Part shown: in pieces, positions 48,725-59,230 of the stretch | Numbering within the stretch: position 1 is the stretch's first letter | How the letters are laid out: each line of letters opens with the position of its first letter | Source: Gammaproteobacteria bacterium | Lineage (GTDB): Bacteria; Pseudomonadota; Gammaproteobacteria; JBCCGL01 | DNA: 64,000 nucleotides | Direction: 5' to 3' | Assembly (NCBI GenBank): GCA_965277715.1 | Contig: OZ255836.1 | Coordinates: forward strand, 2,432,001-2,496,000 | The notes under the pieces: model-generated | What the model was told of the DNA's origin: nothing | Databases searched by the model: none | Seen by the model: only the letters and a program-made list of their open reading frames with translations | Position numbers and translations under genes: made by a program

Positions 48725-50254
48725 ATGGATGCCAGTACAAGCAGTGAAGGTATCGACCAAGCACCGACCCCCACACGCAGTCGTAGCCTGCCCTATGGGT
48801 TTGCCAAACGCCACGGGGTGCTGGTTGAGGAAAATGCCGAAAACCATATTCGCCTGGTGCACCGCGCCGATGTAACCAGCGTGGCACTGCTGGAGGCGAG
48901 GCGTGCACTGGGTAAACCACTGCAACTCAAAGAAGTCCCCAGTGACACTTTCAATGCATTGCTAACCCGCCGCTACGAGAGCGATTCAGGCCAGGCGATG
49001 GACATCATGGATGACCTGGGTGAAGAGCTCGACCTCAATCGCCTGGCGGAATCGATGCCTGAGCCAGAGGACTTAATGGAGTCTGAAGACGATGCACCGG
49101 TTATCCGCTTAATCAATGCCATGCTCACCGAGGCAACGCGCAAAAATGCCTCGGATATCCATATCGAACCCTTCGAGAAACGCCTCAATATCCGCTTTCG
49201 CGTCGACGGTGTGATGCGCGAGCTGTTAGAACCGCCACGGGCTATCGCACCCTTGATTATCTCGCGTATCAAAGTCATGGCAAAGCTGGACATCGCCGAA
49301 AAACGACTGCCCCAGGACGGGCGTATATCGTTGCGGGTGGCGGGTCGTCCCGTCGATGTGCGCGTCTCGACCCTGCCCTCTGGCCACGGCGAGCGCGTAG
49401 TGCTGCGCTTGCTGGACAAACAGGCCGGAAGGCTCAACCTCGAACACCTCGGCATGGCCAACGAGACACGCGAGCATCTCGACAGTATCCTGAAAATGCC
49501 GCACGGCATTATGCTGGTAACCGGCCCCACCGGCTCGGGAAAAACCACCTCGCTCTACGCCGCGATTACCCAGCTAAACAACAGCCGCAGCACGATTCTA
49601 ACGGTCGAAGACCCCATCGAATACTATTTGGATGGCATTGGCCAAACCCAGGTCAATACCAAAGTTGAGCTGGATTTTGCCCGTGGTCTACGCGCTATCC
49701 TGCGCCAGGACCCGGACGTGGTAATGGTCGGTGAAATCCGTGACCTGGAAACCGCAGAGATCGCCGTACAGGCAAGCTTAACAGGCCATTTAGTCCTGTC
49801 CACACTGCACACCAACAGCGCTGTCGGGGCGGTTACCCGCCTGCGCGATATGGGCGTCGAGCCTTTTCTGCTGTCGTCCAGCCTGGTTGGGCTAGTCGCG
49901 CAGCGGTTGGTGCGCATACTCTGCCCACAGTGCAAACAAGCACATACACCGAGCGCCAAAGAGTACGAAACACTGGGTGTCGACCCCACCACATTAGATG
50001 CCCCAGCGGATATTTACACCCCCAAGGGCTGTGAACAGTGTAACTACTCGGGTTACGCGGGGCGTAGCGGTATTTATGAAGTCGTGCCAATCAACGAGCA
50101 GTTGCGCACGATGATCCACGATGGTGCCAGTGAATCTGAGCTGGAACAACAGGCGCGCAGCTACACACTGGGCATCAATGATGATGCGCGCCGCCGGGTT
50201 TTACTGGGTGAAACCTCGCTGGAAGAAGTGTTGCGCGTCACCCGCGAAGCCTGA
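48725..50254 (+). CDS. gspE: Type II secretion ATPase
   Basis: ASDIHIEP, GPTGSGKTT, EDPIEY, RQDPD, CxxC Zn motifs. Confidence 0.96.
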   Translation: MDASTSSEGIDQAPTPTRSRSLPYGFAKRHGVLVEENAENHIRLVHRADVTSVALLEARRALGKPLQLKEVPSDTFNALLTRRYESDSGQAMDIMDDLGEELDLNRLAESMPEPEDLMESEDDAPVIRLINAMLTEATRKNASDIHIEPFEKRLNIRFRVDGVMRELLEPPRAIAPLIISRIKVMAKLDIAEKRLPQDGRISLRVAGRPVDVRVSTLPSGHGERVVLRLLDKQAGRLNLEHLGMANETREHLDSILKMPHGIMLVTGPTGSGKTTSLYAAITQLNNSRSTILTVEDPIEYYLDGIGQTQVNTKVELDFARGLRAILRQDPDVVMVGEIRDLETAEIAVQASLTGHLVLSTLHTNSAVGAVTRLRDMGVEPFLLSSSLVGLVAQRLVRILCPQCKQAHTPSAKEYETLGVDPTTLDAPADIYTPKGCEQCNYSGYAGRSGIYEVVPINEQLRTMIHDGASESELEQQARSYTLGINDDARRRVLLGETSLEEVLRVTREA

Positions 50255-50256
50255 CT

Positions 50257-51471
50257 ATGCCAGCCTTTGAATACACCGCACTGGATGCGGCGGGAAAAGA
50301 ACAAAAAGGCGTCCTGGAAGGCGATACCGCACGGCAGATTCGCCAACAACTGCGGGACCGCAAACTCAGCCCACTCAGTGTTACCGAAGGCAGCAGCAAA
50401 TCCTCACAGACCCGCACCGGAAGCAGCTTTCGCGGCGGCATCAGCACAACCGATCTGGCATTGATCACCCGGCAGCTCGCCACCTTGTCCTCGTCCGGCA
50501 CACCGGTCGAAGAGGCACTCGCTGCGGTCAGTCGACAAACTGAAAAACAACGCATCAAAACCCTGCTGTTATCGGTGCGTGGCAAAATCCTCGAAGGTCA
50601 CTCGCTGGCAGTCAGTCTCGGCGAGTTTCCAAAGGTATTTCCGGAAATTTTTCGCGCCACCGTTGCGGCGGGTGAACAGTCCGGCCATCTCGACGGCGTA
50701 CTGGAGCGTCTCGCAGACTACACCGAAGACCGTCAATCAACACGCGCCACTATCACCAAAGCCCTGCTCTACCCGGCGGCACTGGTATTTGCCTCCATTG
50801 CCATCGTCGGCCTGCTACTGGCCTATGTTGTCCCCAAGGTAGTCACTGTATTCGATAGCCTGGACCAGACGCTACCGTTACTGACCCGCATACTGATCCA
50901 GACCAGTGACCTGGTGCGCGAATGGGGTTTTGTATTTGTCATTGCACTCGTCGTAGGTATTTACCTGTTTCAGCGGGCGATGCAAAACGATGAAGTGAAA
51001 TACCGTGTGCACACATTCCTGCTGCGACTCCCTATTATCAAACGCCTGATTCGCGGTTTTAACAGTGCCCAGTTTGCCCGCACCCTGAGTATTTTGGCCT
51101 CCAGCGGCGTGCCCGTACTGGAAGCACTGGGCATCGCCTCCGATGTACTCACCAGCAGGCCGATGCGCGCCGCCGTGCAAAATGCCGCCGTCAAAGTGCG
51201 CGAGGGGGCCAGCCTGAGCGGCTCACTGGAGAAAACCGGCTATTTTCCACCGATGATGTTACACCTGATTGCCAGTGGTGAATCGTCGGGTCGGCTTGGG
51301 CATATGCTCGATAAGGCTGCCTCCCACCAGGAGCGCGAACTCAATACCCATATCGCCATCTTTCTCGGCTTGTTTGAGCCGGCCATTGTCCTAGTCATGG
51401 GGGGCATCGTGCTATTTATCGTACTGGCGATATTGCTGCCCATTTTTGAATTAAACCAACTGGTCAACTGA
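50257..51471 (+). CDS. gspF: Type II secretion inner-membrane protein F
   Basis: MPAFEY.ALD..GK, AGEQSG.L, GESSG.L, EPA. Confidence 0.95.
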   Translation: MPAFEYTALDAAGKEQKGVLEGDTARQIRQQLRDRKLSPLSVTEGSSKSSQTRTGSSFRGGISTTDLALITRQLATLSSSGTPVEEALAAVSRQTEKQRIKTLLLSVRGKILEGHSLAVSLGEFPKVFPEIFRATVAAGEQSGHLDGVLERLADYTEDRQSTRATITKALLYPAALVFASIAIVGLLLAYVVPKVVTVFDSLDQTLPLLTRILIQTSDLVREWGFVFVIALVVGIYLFQRAMQNDEVKYRVHTFLLRLPIIKRLIRGFNSAQFARTLSILASSGVPVLEALGIASDVLTSRPMRAAVQNAAVKVREGASLSGSLEKTGYFPPMMLHLIASGESSGRLGHMLDKAASHQERELNTHIAIFLGLFEPAIVLVMGGIVLFIVLAILLPIFELNQLVN

Positions 51472-51499
51472 CCATCACCGGGCGATAAAAACCACCGGT

Positions 51500-52447
51500 A
51501 TGAATACCCCTACCCCGATCAGCTACACAAAAATGCCGCTGGATCGTGCCAACAGTCAGCGTAAAGACGCACAATGGGTGCAGGCACAACTCAGTAAACG
51601 CACAGCGCAAATCGTCTGCCTGCACAGCAATCGAAACCTGATAAAACCATACAGTACGCTGGCATCAGCGGCCTATATCGACAGATCAAATGCCGATAAG
51701 CTATTGCCCCTAGCAAGCGAGACGGTGTTTCTTGGATTGCTGGGTGATACCCCTTATTTTGCTATTGACCTTAGCCATTGCGAGGTATTCAACCTCGACC
51801 TCAATGAAGGTGAATTTATCGACCTGCGCCAACTTGGCCCACTGATCAACGCCGAGGACGCGGCATTACTCGCCTACGCACGCGGCCTGACTTACTGGCA
51901 CGCACACAACCATTTCTGTGCTAACTGCGGCAGTGCAAGCCTCAGCATACAGGGCGGTCACGCACGCACGTGCAGCAACCCTGGCTGTTCACGACAAATC
52001 TTTCCGCGCACTGACCCCGCCGTTATCATGCTGGTTGAAGACCTCTCTGACGCGGGCAACCCCAAGTGCCTGCTGGGCCGCAATAAACGCTTTGCCGCAC
52101 GGATGTTTTCCACGCTGGCGGGTTTTGTCGACCCCGGTGAAACACTGGAGGAAACAGTCGTGCGTGAGGTCTATGAAGAAGCTGGTATCAGCGTGGGCAA
52201 TGTGCGTTATCAGGCGTCACAGCCGTGGCCGTTTCCGGCATCAATTATGCTGGGGTTTCGCGCTACCGCATTGTCTACCCGTATCAACACAGATGTTGAT
52301 GAGATAGAAGAAGCTTATTGGTTTAGTGCGCAGGAAGTTCGGGGGTTTGGCGAGTGGAGCGACGGTGGCAGCAATAATTGCCTGCCACGCAAAGACTCTA
52401 TCGCACGTTATCTTGTAGACACCTGGGTACAGGATGTGTTGCGTTAA
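51500..52447 (+). CDS. nudC: NAD(+)/NADH diphosphatase
   Basis: FC..CG Zn ribbon, FPRTDPAVI, AGFVDPGETLEE.V.REV.EE, SQPWPFP. Confidence 0.93.
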   Translation: MNTPTPISYTKMPLDRANSQRKDAQWVQAQLSKRTAQIVCLHSNRNLIKPYSTLASAAYIDRSNADKLLPLASETVFLGLLGDTPYFAIDLSHCEVFNLDLNEGEFIDLRQLGPLINAEDAALLAYARGLTYWHAHNHFCANCGSASLSIQGGHARTCSNPGCSRQIFPRTDPAVIMLVEDLSDAGNPKCLLGRNKRFAARMFSTLAGFVDPGETLEETVVREVYEEAGISVGNVRYQASQPWPFPASIMLGFRATALSTRINTDVDEIEEAYWFSAQEVRGFGEWSDGGSNNCLPRKDSIARYLVDTWVQDVLR

Positions 52448-52618
52448 TTAACCCTCGGCATCGTCTGTGGGTGCACTCTTCTTCTCGTGCAGTGTTGAAA
52501 TATAATCTTCCAGTACCTGGCGTATTAACTGGGATTTTCTCAGCCCTTGTCCATGTGCATGCGATTCAATCGCCTGATACAGTTCGCTGGGTAGGTTGAC
52601 GGATACAGCATTCATCAT
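52448..52618 (-). CDS. 56-aa ribbon-helix-helix (CopG-like) protein (below ORF-track cutoff)
   Basis: MMNAVSVNLPSELYQAIESHAHGQGLRKSQLIRQVLEDYIS...; classic RHH pattern. Confidence 0.65.
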   Translation of the reverse strand: MMNAVSVNLPSELYQAIESHAHGQGLRKSQLIRQVLEDYISTLHEKKSAPTDDAEG

Positions 52619-52756
52619 TGGGAGTTCACCTGTGTTTAACCAACGCGTAGTCTAATTGAAACTTTTTCACGGCACAATTTAAGAATATCTGCCAACGCCC
52701 TCCCCCTCTATACTGCCACTACAGTGTTTTATCCAAACCAATCATAGACTTATGGT

Positions 52757-54175
52757 TTAAATACCGCCAAACGCCGAAATATCCCCCGCCAACTGTCCCA
52801 ACGTAATCGGCGATATTGGTGGTCGCACCCGGTAATAATCCATTTTTTCCATCGATACACCGCGCACTTCGGCGATCAGCTCCGCAACAGTATTGCCACA
52901 CTGACGCCCCTGGCATGGCCCCATACCACAACGAGTGAAGGCTTTGGCCTGATTGGGACCAGGGCAGCCCAAGCGTGCCACGGCGCGTATTTCAGCGGCG
53001 CTGATCTCCTCGCAACGGCAGATAATCGTTTCATCTACTGGCTGTATAAAGTGGGGTAATGGGCGGTAAAGTGCATCCAGAAATGCGCGTATGGCGGTGT
53101 GCCTGCCCAGTGATTTGCGTAGCGCGACAACATCTCTATCACGCTGTTTTTGTGTAATTGCACCCAGTGTGTATGCAGCGTGCAATGCAGCAATTTGCCC
53201 CTGCAAAGCGGCGGCACGCGCCCCGACAACGCTGCCACCATCGCCTGCCAGTAAAATACTTTCCACGCTGCTCTGCCCCCATTCATCGGTTTGCAACTGC
53301 CAACAATATTGCTGTTGATGCCACTGTGCATCGCAACCGGCGGCCAGTGGTAGGTGTAGATTGGGAATGACGCCCTGGTGGAGCAGTAAAGTATCCGTTT
53401 CGATACTTTGCCAGGCACCTTCTGTTTTAAAGCGAACACTATGCAGACACTGATCACCTTCTGCTGTGATAGCCGTAACGTGTTTGTAGATGGGGACACG
53501 CGCCCGGCGGAGGGCTAACAGCATTGACGCGCCCTTGAGTAAATAGTCATACGCCAATACAGCGCGTGGCAATAGCGGTAATGCAGTCCGCAAAGCACCC
53601 GCAGCCTGGGTATCGAGTAAAGCGCGCACCTTCACGCCTGCGCGCAGATACTGCCAGGCCAGTAATATCAATAGTGGCCCACTGCCCGCCAGGACGACAC
53701 CGTTATCTGGCACCAGTGCTGCCGATTTCAACAAAATCTGCCCGGCACCGGCGCTCATTACTCCCGGTAGTTGCCAGCCGGGTAGCGGCATGGGGCGCTC
53801 TTGGGCACCTATGGCGATCAATACTCTGTCGGCACGGATAAAGTGGTTAAGCGAATCGATCAGCACACCCAGTTCGCACTGTGTCGGTGATATTTTATCC
53901 AGCGACCAAACTGTTGCCTGCGCTTTATAGTCGACCCTGGAATCGATAAGTGACTGCCTGAACGTGTTGATAAGTGACTTACCGTGACGGTAGTCGTTGC
54001 CGAGTAATGATGGATCGGGCAGATTATTGTGCTCGGTGCCACGGTAGATTTGCCCACCGGGGTGTTGCTGCTGATCGAGCACTAATGTATCGATGCCCTG
54101 TTGTGCCGCACAGCGTGCAGCGGCCATACCCGCCGGGCCTGTGCCGATAACCACTAATGGATAGTGTTTTTTCAT
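52757..54175 (-). CDS. HcnB/OoxA-like FAD oxidoreductase with BFD-like [2Fe-2S]
   Basis: GTGPAGM, GGQIYR, ERP.PLPGW.LPGVM, CRCEE, TRCGMGPCQGRQC. Confidence 0.9.
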   Translation of the reverse strand: MKKHYPLVVIGTGPAGMAAARCAAQQGIDTLVLDQQQHPGGQIYRGTEHNNLPDPSLLGNDYRHGKSLINTFRQSLIDSRVDYKAQATVWSLDKISPTQCELGVLIDSLNHFIRADRVLIAIGAQERPMPLPGWQLPGVMSAGAGQILLKSAALVPDNGVVLAGSGPLLILLAWQYLRAGVKVRALLDTQAAGALRTALPLLPRAVLAYDYLLKGASMLLALRRARVPIYKHVTAITAEGDQCLHSVRFKTEGAWQSIETDTLLLHQGVIPNLHLPLAAGCDAQWHQQQYCWQLQTDEWGQSSVESILLAGDGGSVVGARAAALQGQIAALHAAYTLGAITQKQRDRDVVALRKSLGRHTAIRAFLDALYRPLPHFIQPVDETIICRCEEISAAEIRAVARLGCPGPNQAKAFTRCGMGPCQGRQCGNTVAELIAEVRGVSMEKMDYYRVRPPISPITLGQLAGDISAFGGI

Positions 54176-54217
54176 TTTGCTGCTTGCATGGGAGTTGTGC
54201 CTCGATGTATTGCCTGT

Positions 54218-54541
54218 TTAATCAATGCTGCGCCCGCCTTGTGCCGATGGGGTCAGTGCTGCGGCTCCCTGTTGGCGTTTGAGTTGCATACCCTCCCGCA
54301 CTGTGACCATGCAGGCGCGCTGATTGGGTTTGCCGTCGATGTCCATTAAACAGTCGAAGCAGACGCCCATCATGCAAAAGGGGGCACGAGGGCTGGATGA
54401 GACCGGTGTTGTTCTCAGCGTGTTGTTTCCCGTTAGTAGCATCGCGGCAGCCACCGGGATATTGCCCGGTACTTCCAGTTTTTCACCATCGAGTGTTAAG
54501 CACACTGTCTCAACACGCGCATTATCAAGTTGTTTAAACAT
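54218..54541 (-). CDS. HcnA-like [2Fe-2S] subunit
   Basis: PFCMMGVCFDCL..IDG....AC. Confidence 0.9.
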   Translation of the reverse strand: MFKQLDNARVETVCLTLDGEKLEVPGNIPVAAAMLLTGNNTLRTTPVSSSPRAPFCMMGVCFDCLMDIDGKPNQRACMVTVREGMQLKRQQGAAALTPSAQGGRSID

Positions 54542-54641
54542 TGAACCTAAATTCCTCAGTTGAATCTACTGCGACCACCTAATGCACAGCATCTAAAGCG
54601 CTTTTACCAGCATTTCAGCTTCAGCACCTTAGACGCCCTCG

Positions 54642-55757
54642 CTACGATCCAACTGCGGAATTCAGGTTGAACCGCTCCGCACTGAAATGCTCTAACAGCG
54701 GATGTGCCGCCTCTCCACTGATCCACCCGGCCACCGGCCCGGCGTGTACCGCAGCTAACGTGACGCCGCTGTGACAGGCGATGCCAAATGCACCGGGATA
54801 GTGCTGTGATTGTTGGTATATCGGTTTGCCATCGGGGGTCATCACGCGCAGTGCGCTCCAGGCGCGTACCAGTTGCACACCGGCAAGCTGCGGAAACATG
54901 TAGACGGCGCGTGCGGCAATTTTCTGCATTATTTCACCACTGCTTCGATCATCCAAACCAACGCTCTCACTGGAGGTGCCAATTTGCAAACCACCTTCCT
55001 GTGTTTGACGCACATGCAGCGTGGGGTAGTGCAGGAAAGGTTGTATGCGCTCGGTGATCAACAACTGACCACGGTTAGGACTTACCGGAATATGCAGGTC
55101 GAGCATCCTGCCAAGGCGCTGGTTGTCCAGCCCGGCACACAGCACTGCCTTGCCGCCAGTAAACGCACCTTGCTGTGTGTGGGCAATAAACTCACCACCA
55201 CGCTGTTCGATACGCTGGATATGCCGATTGGGTAGATAATCAACCCGGTATGCATCCATCTGTTGGTGCAATGCACGCAACAGGTACAGGGGATTAACGT
55301 GGCCATCGTGGGGGGAATAACTGGCACCAACTACATTACTGGATATTTGTGGAATACGTTTTTTCAGCGCAGCGTGGTCGAGCATGGTGTATTCAAAATC
55401 GTTATTCGTGTGCTCGCGCACGCGAACCATTTCATCGCTACGATCCTGCCATTCGGCATCAGAAATACAAAACTCCATACCACCAGGCCGACAATAAGCG
55501 GTATCCACACCACTGGCTTCGCGCAGCTCGGCATCGAATGCGGGCCATAAATTGGCAGCGTCATAAGACCAGCGCGCATAGGGCGCGTAATCACAGCCCT
55601 TGCCCTGCACCCACACCAAACCAAAGTTCCCCCGCGCCGCACGAAAAGCCCTGTCACCCTGATCGAGCACCGCGATACGCAGACCGCGCCGCGCCAGACC
55701 ATAGGCAATAGCAGAACCAATCAGGCCGCCACCGGCGATAATGCAATCGTAGTTCAT
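54642..55757 (-). CDS. HcnC/OoxB-like DAO-family oxidoreductase
   Basis: GGGLIG, ARGNFGLVWVQGKG, LRVMTPDG, HSGVTLA. Confidence 0.9.
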   Translation of the reverse strand: MNYDCIIAGGGLIGSAIAYGLARRGLRIAVLDQGDRAFRAARGNFGLVWVQGKGCDYAPYARWSYDAANLWPAFDAELREASGVDTAYCRPGGMEFCISDAEWQDRSDEMVRVREHTNNDFEYTMLDHAALKKRIPQISSNVVGASYSPHDGHVNPLYLLRALHQQMDAYRVDYLPNRHIQRIEQRGGEFIAHTQQGAFTGGKAVLCAGLDNQRLGRMLDLHIPVSPNRGQLLITERIQPFLHYPTLHVRQTQEGGLQIGTSSESVGLDDRSSGEIMQKIAARAVYMFPQLAGVQLVRAWSALRVMTPDGKPIYQQSQHYPGAFGIACHSGVTLAAVHAGPVAGWISGEAAHPLLEHFSAERFNLNSAVGS

Positions 55758-55977
55758 TACTTAGTATCAGGCGTAGATAACGTTCATCATCAACAAGCAT
55801 TAATTCACATTAAAACTGCAATCCGCAGGGTGCAATAACATACACATATTCTGATTCCTCAAAATGGATTGTTTTAACATTTAACCCTCACCGGCAAAAA
55901 GAATTCCAAAGCATTGCGAGTGAAACCCCCTACCCCCACACAACCCGCGTGGAAACAGATTCAAAATTGACAGTAAA

Positions 55978-57159
55978 CTACCCTGCCACCGACATACGCC
56001 GCACCACCCAAACCGAAAAACCACTACTAACCGCCGCCACCACTATGGCCACAGTGTAACCTCCCGTTACATCGTACAACACGCCCGCCAACCACGGCCC
56101 AAGCAACCCTACCAACCCCCAAGCGGTAAACACCCGCCCATAGACCCTCGACGAAGCCTGAGCACCAAAATGTGCGATCACCGCAACCGGATAAAGCGCA
56201 ATAATCGCACCGTAACTAAAACCGACCACGACCAACCCTGCCAGTAACCACCGGGCATCCCAGGGCAACACACACAACACTAATACCGTAGCGGACAGCA
56301 GCGGCAGCAACGCCAACAAAGTGCCAATACGCACCCTGTCCGCCAGGACCCCGGCAGAGAGACCGCCAAGCATATTACCGAACGCAATCACAACCGCCCC
56401 GCCTATCGCCAACGATGCGCTGCCACCTGCGGCACGCACGATACCCGTCGCGTGGCCGATCACCATTAACCCCGCCAACGCACCACTACCGTAACCCAGC
56501 CACAACAGGCGTTGCAGGTGTACATTATCCGTCGACACCGCTGCATTCGAGGATTCAGGCACAAAGCGGGCACGGGATTGGTACAGCAGCACCCAGGCTA
56601 TAACCCCGGCCAACAGCAGAATCAACGCCGCAGTGCCCATGGCTGCGGCAATGCCACCCCGCGCCAACGCATAGCCGAACACAAACGGCGCCAGCGTTGC
56701 CCCCAGTGCATAGCACGCCGTCACCGTGCCCATCGCCAGGCCCCGGCGCGTCGGCATTGCCTGCGCACTTATTTGCAGCGCAAAGCCATACCCCACGCCG
56801 TTGGCGCTGCCGAAGATCACACTGTAACCCAGCGCAGTCAGCCACAGCATTTGCGACTGCCCGGCAATCGCGACGCCGACAGCGGCGGCGATACAGGTTG
56901 CCAATGCCAGCGCGGCAGCGGGTAAGCGCGGGTAAATACGGTGGCCAAACAATACGCTAACAGTGAGGCACAGCAATGCGCCCGAGTAGATCAAGCTAAT
57001 CTGTGCACGGTCTGCTGCCAGCAGTTTTTCCAACGGCTGTAGAAACACTGAAAACGCGTGTATCGAGCCGAGTACGGTGGTTAGTGTGATGGCAGCTAAC
57101 AGCGTCAGCAGGGGGCGTATTACGGGTGGGTCAGTTACAGGTAAATTGGGGGCTTTCAT
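55978..57159 (-). CDS. MFS transporter (OFA/MCT-like)
   Basis: About 12 TM segments; GSIHAFSVF; RRGLA.G. Confidence 0.85.
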   Translation of the reverse strand: MKAPNLPVTDPPVIRPLLTLLAAITLTTVLGSIHAFSVFLQPLEKLLAADRAQISLIYSGALLCLTVSVLFGHRIYPRLPAAALALATCIAAAVGVAIAGQSQMLWLTALGYSVIFGSANGVGYGFALQISAQAMPTRRGLAMGTVTACYALGATLAPFVFGYALARGGIAAAMGTAALILLLAGVIAWVLLYQSRARFVPESSNAAVSTDNVHLQRLLWLGYGSGALAGLMVIGHATGIVRAAGGSASLAIGGAVVIAFGNMLGGLSAGVLADRVRIGTLLALLPLLSATVLVLCVLPWDARWLLAGLVVVGFSYGAIIALYPVAVIAHFGAQASSRVYGRVFTAWGLVGLLGPWLAGVLYDVTGGYTVAIVVAAVSSGFSVWVVRRMSVAG

Positions 57160-57226
57160 TACACAGATTTTTCGCGCTCAGTGTCACCTTCCAGAATAAC
57201 GCAAAGAGAGCAGTAAATATGCATCT

Positions 57227-58363
57227 TTGCTAAGATATACCATCCCGCCAGCAAGTATGCTCACCGCAATGTCCAGCAACGCCGACCACCTGCAACACTG
57301 TATTCAAAAAGTCGCCACCGGCCCTGAATACAGCAAAAACCTCAGCGTCGCAGAGGCATACACTGCTATGCAGTACATCCTGTCTGGTGAAGCTGATCCG
57401 GTACAGGCGGCTATTTTCCTGGTAGCACTGCGCATGAAACGCGAAACCGATGCGGAAAATACCGGCGTATTGCAGGCGATGATCAATGCCAGCCAGCGGG
57501 TAGTCTGCGAGGTTGATGAGTTGATTGATATCGCCGACCCTTACAACGGTATGCTGCGCGGCCTGCCTGTCGCCGCGTTTGCCGCCCCACTACTGGCCGC
57601 CTGCGGGCTGCCCGCTTTCACGCACGGCCTCGAAGCCGTCGCCCCCAAATTTGGCATTACCCACCGGCAGGTGTTGCGGGCAGCGGGAATCGGGGTCGAT
57701 GACACCCCGCAGCAAGTGGCCAAACAACTGGCCGACCCCGCGATTGGCTGGGGCTACCTCGATCAAACGCAGGCCTGCCCGGCACTGCACGCCCTGGTGC
57801 CCCTGCGCCAACGCATGGTCAAGCGCACGCTGATCACCACCCTTGAGGGCTTGCTCAAACCCATCAGCGCAAAATGCCACACCCACTTACTCACCGGTTA
57901 CATACACAAGGCCTACCCAACAACCTATGCCACACTCGCGCAGTACGCCGGTTACGCAACAGCGGCGATTGTACGTGGTGTTGAAGGTGGGGTTATCGCC
58001 TCCCTGCACGCACCGGCAAAATACTATCGTTGCCAACAACAGGGCGATGCCCGCTTCGTGCCGCTGGATCCCGCCGCGCTCGGCGTGCAACACCCCAGCC
58101 GGGTAGTGCCCCTGCCAGAGGCACTCAAACCAACAGATGACACCCAGCCACTGGACACGTCTGAGGCGGCAAAACGGGCCGCCGAACAAGGCGTGCAGGC
58201 GCTGCAAAACCGTGAGGGAATAGCCCGTGACAGTTTGATTTACTGCGCGGCGGTGGCGCTACACCACACCGGTAAATACACTGATTTATCTACCGCCGCC
58301 GGGCAGGCGCGCCGGGCACTGGCCAGCGGTGCGGCTTATCGACACTTCACTGCGCATTGTTGA
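57227..58363 (+). CDS. Anthranilate phosphoribosyltransferase-like (glycosyltransferase family 3) protein
   Basis: IQKVATGPEYSK.L, ALRMKRET, DPYNG, GVEGG; start may be 57257 or 57269. Confidence 0.78.
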   Translation: MLRYTIPPASMLTAMSSNADHLQHCIQKVATGPEYSKNLSVAEAYTAMQYILSGEADPVQAAIFLVALRMKRETDAENTGVLQAMINASQRVVCEVDELIDIADPYNGMLRGLPVAAFAAPLLAACGLPAFTHGLEAVAPKFGITHRQVLRAAGIGVDDTPQQVAKQLADPAIGWGYLDQTQACPALHALVPLRQRMVKRTLITTLEGLLKPISAKCHTHLLTGYIHKAYPTTYATLAQYAGYATAAIVRGVEGGVIASLHAPAKYYRCQQQGDARFVPLDPAALGVQHPSRVVPLPEALKPTDDTQPLDTSEAAKRAAEQGVQALQNREGIARDSLIYCAAVALHHTGKYTDLSTAAGQARRALASGAAYRHFTAHC

Positions 58364-58425
58364 TCGAAACCGATCCCGCTATTATCCCACCCTACTTAAC
58401 CCGCAATGCAACGGTACACTCCCCT

Positions 58426-58818
58426 GTGAAATTCGGCCTCCTCGTCAACGCCAGCCCTTATACCCACCAGGCCTCAGATACCGCCTGGCACTTTGCCTGT
58501 GCCGCCATCGACAAGGGCCACCAGATACTGCGTGTGTTTTTTTATCACGATGGCGTCTACAACGGCTCACAACTGCTGGTGCCACCACAGGATGAAGACA
58601 ATATCGCCGGGCGCTGGTCGGTGCTTGCCGGGCAACACGGGATTGATCTGGTGCTGTGCATTGCCGCTGCACAGCGGCGCGGTGTGCTTGATGAGAGCGA
58701 AGCCAGCCGTCACAGCAAAGATCACTACACTATCGCTCCGGGCTTTCGCCTCTCTGGCCTTGGCCAGCTTATCGAGGTCAGTATTGAAGCGGATCGACTG
58801 TTAGTGTTTGGCCGTTGA
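58426..58818 (+). CDS. dsrE: Sulfurtransferase DsrE/TusD
   Basis: FFYHDGVYN, LCIAAAQRRG (active Cys), GF.LSGLGQL; GTG start. Confidence 0.92.
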   Translation: MKFGLLVNASPYTHQASDTAWHFACAAIDKGHQILRVFFYHDGVYNGSQLLVPPQDEDNIAGRWSVLAGQHGIDLVLCIAAAQRRGVLDESEASRHSKDHYTIAPGFRLSGLGQLIEVSIEADRLLVFGR

Positions 58819-58819
58819 T

Positions 58820-59221
58820 ATGAAAAAAAACACCCTTATCATCAATCGCACCCCGCCTCATGGCAGCATTTACGCCCAGGAGTCGCTGGACGTTGCGCTG
58901 ATGGGCGCCGCTTTTGACCAATCTATCTCACTGGCCTTTATCGATGATGGCGTGTACCAGCTACTGCGTGACCAGGCACCCAAGTCCATCGGGCGAAAAC
59001 ATTTTGCCGCCGCGTTTCGCGCCCTGGATGACTATGGTATCCAACACCTTTACGTTGAAGCTGATTCATTGCAAAAACGTGGCCTGAAGCGGGATGACTT
59101 GATCGATATACGCTGGATCGATGCGACCGACAACGACACAGAAAAGCCTTCCATCACCCTGCTCGATCAGGATGCACTGCGCGACCTGATCGACAAACAA
59201 GATACTGTACTCAGTTTTTGA
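58820..59221 (+). CDS. dsrF: DsrF/TusC
   Basis: PHGSIYAQESLD, AFDQ, FIDDGVYQL, SL.KRGL. Confidence 0.9.
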   Translation: MKKNTLIINRTPPHGSIYAQESLDVALMGAAFDQSISLAFIDDGVYQLLRDQAPKSIGRKHFAAAFRALDDYGIQHLYVEADSLQKRGLKRDDLIDIRWIDATDNDTEKPSITLLDQDALRDLIDKQDTVLSF

Positions 59222-59230
59222 GCCTGTTTT

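Noticed and set aside
52757-55757. Definite HCN synthase (hcnABC)
   Set aside because: The same families include opine and D-amino-acid oxidases; C-A-B order next to a transporter fits catabolism, and substrate cannot be read from sequence
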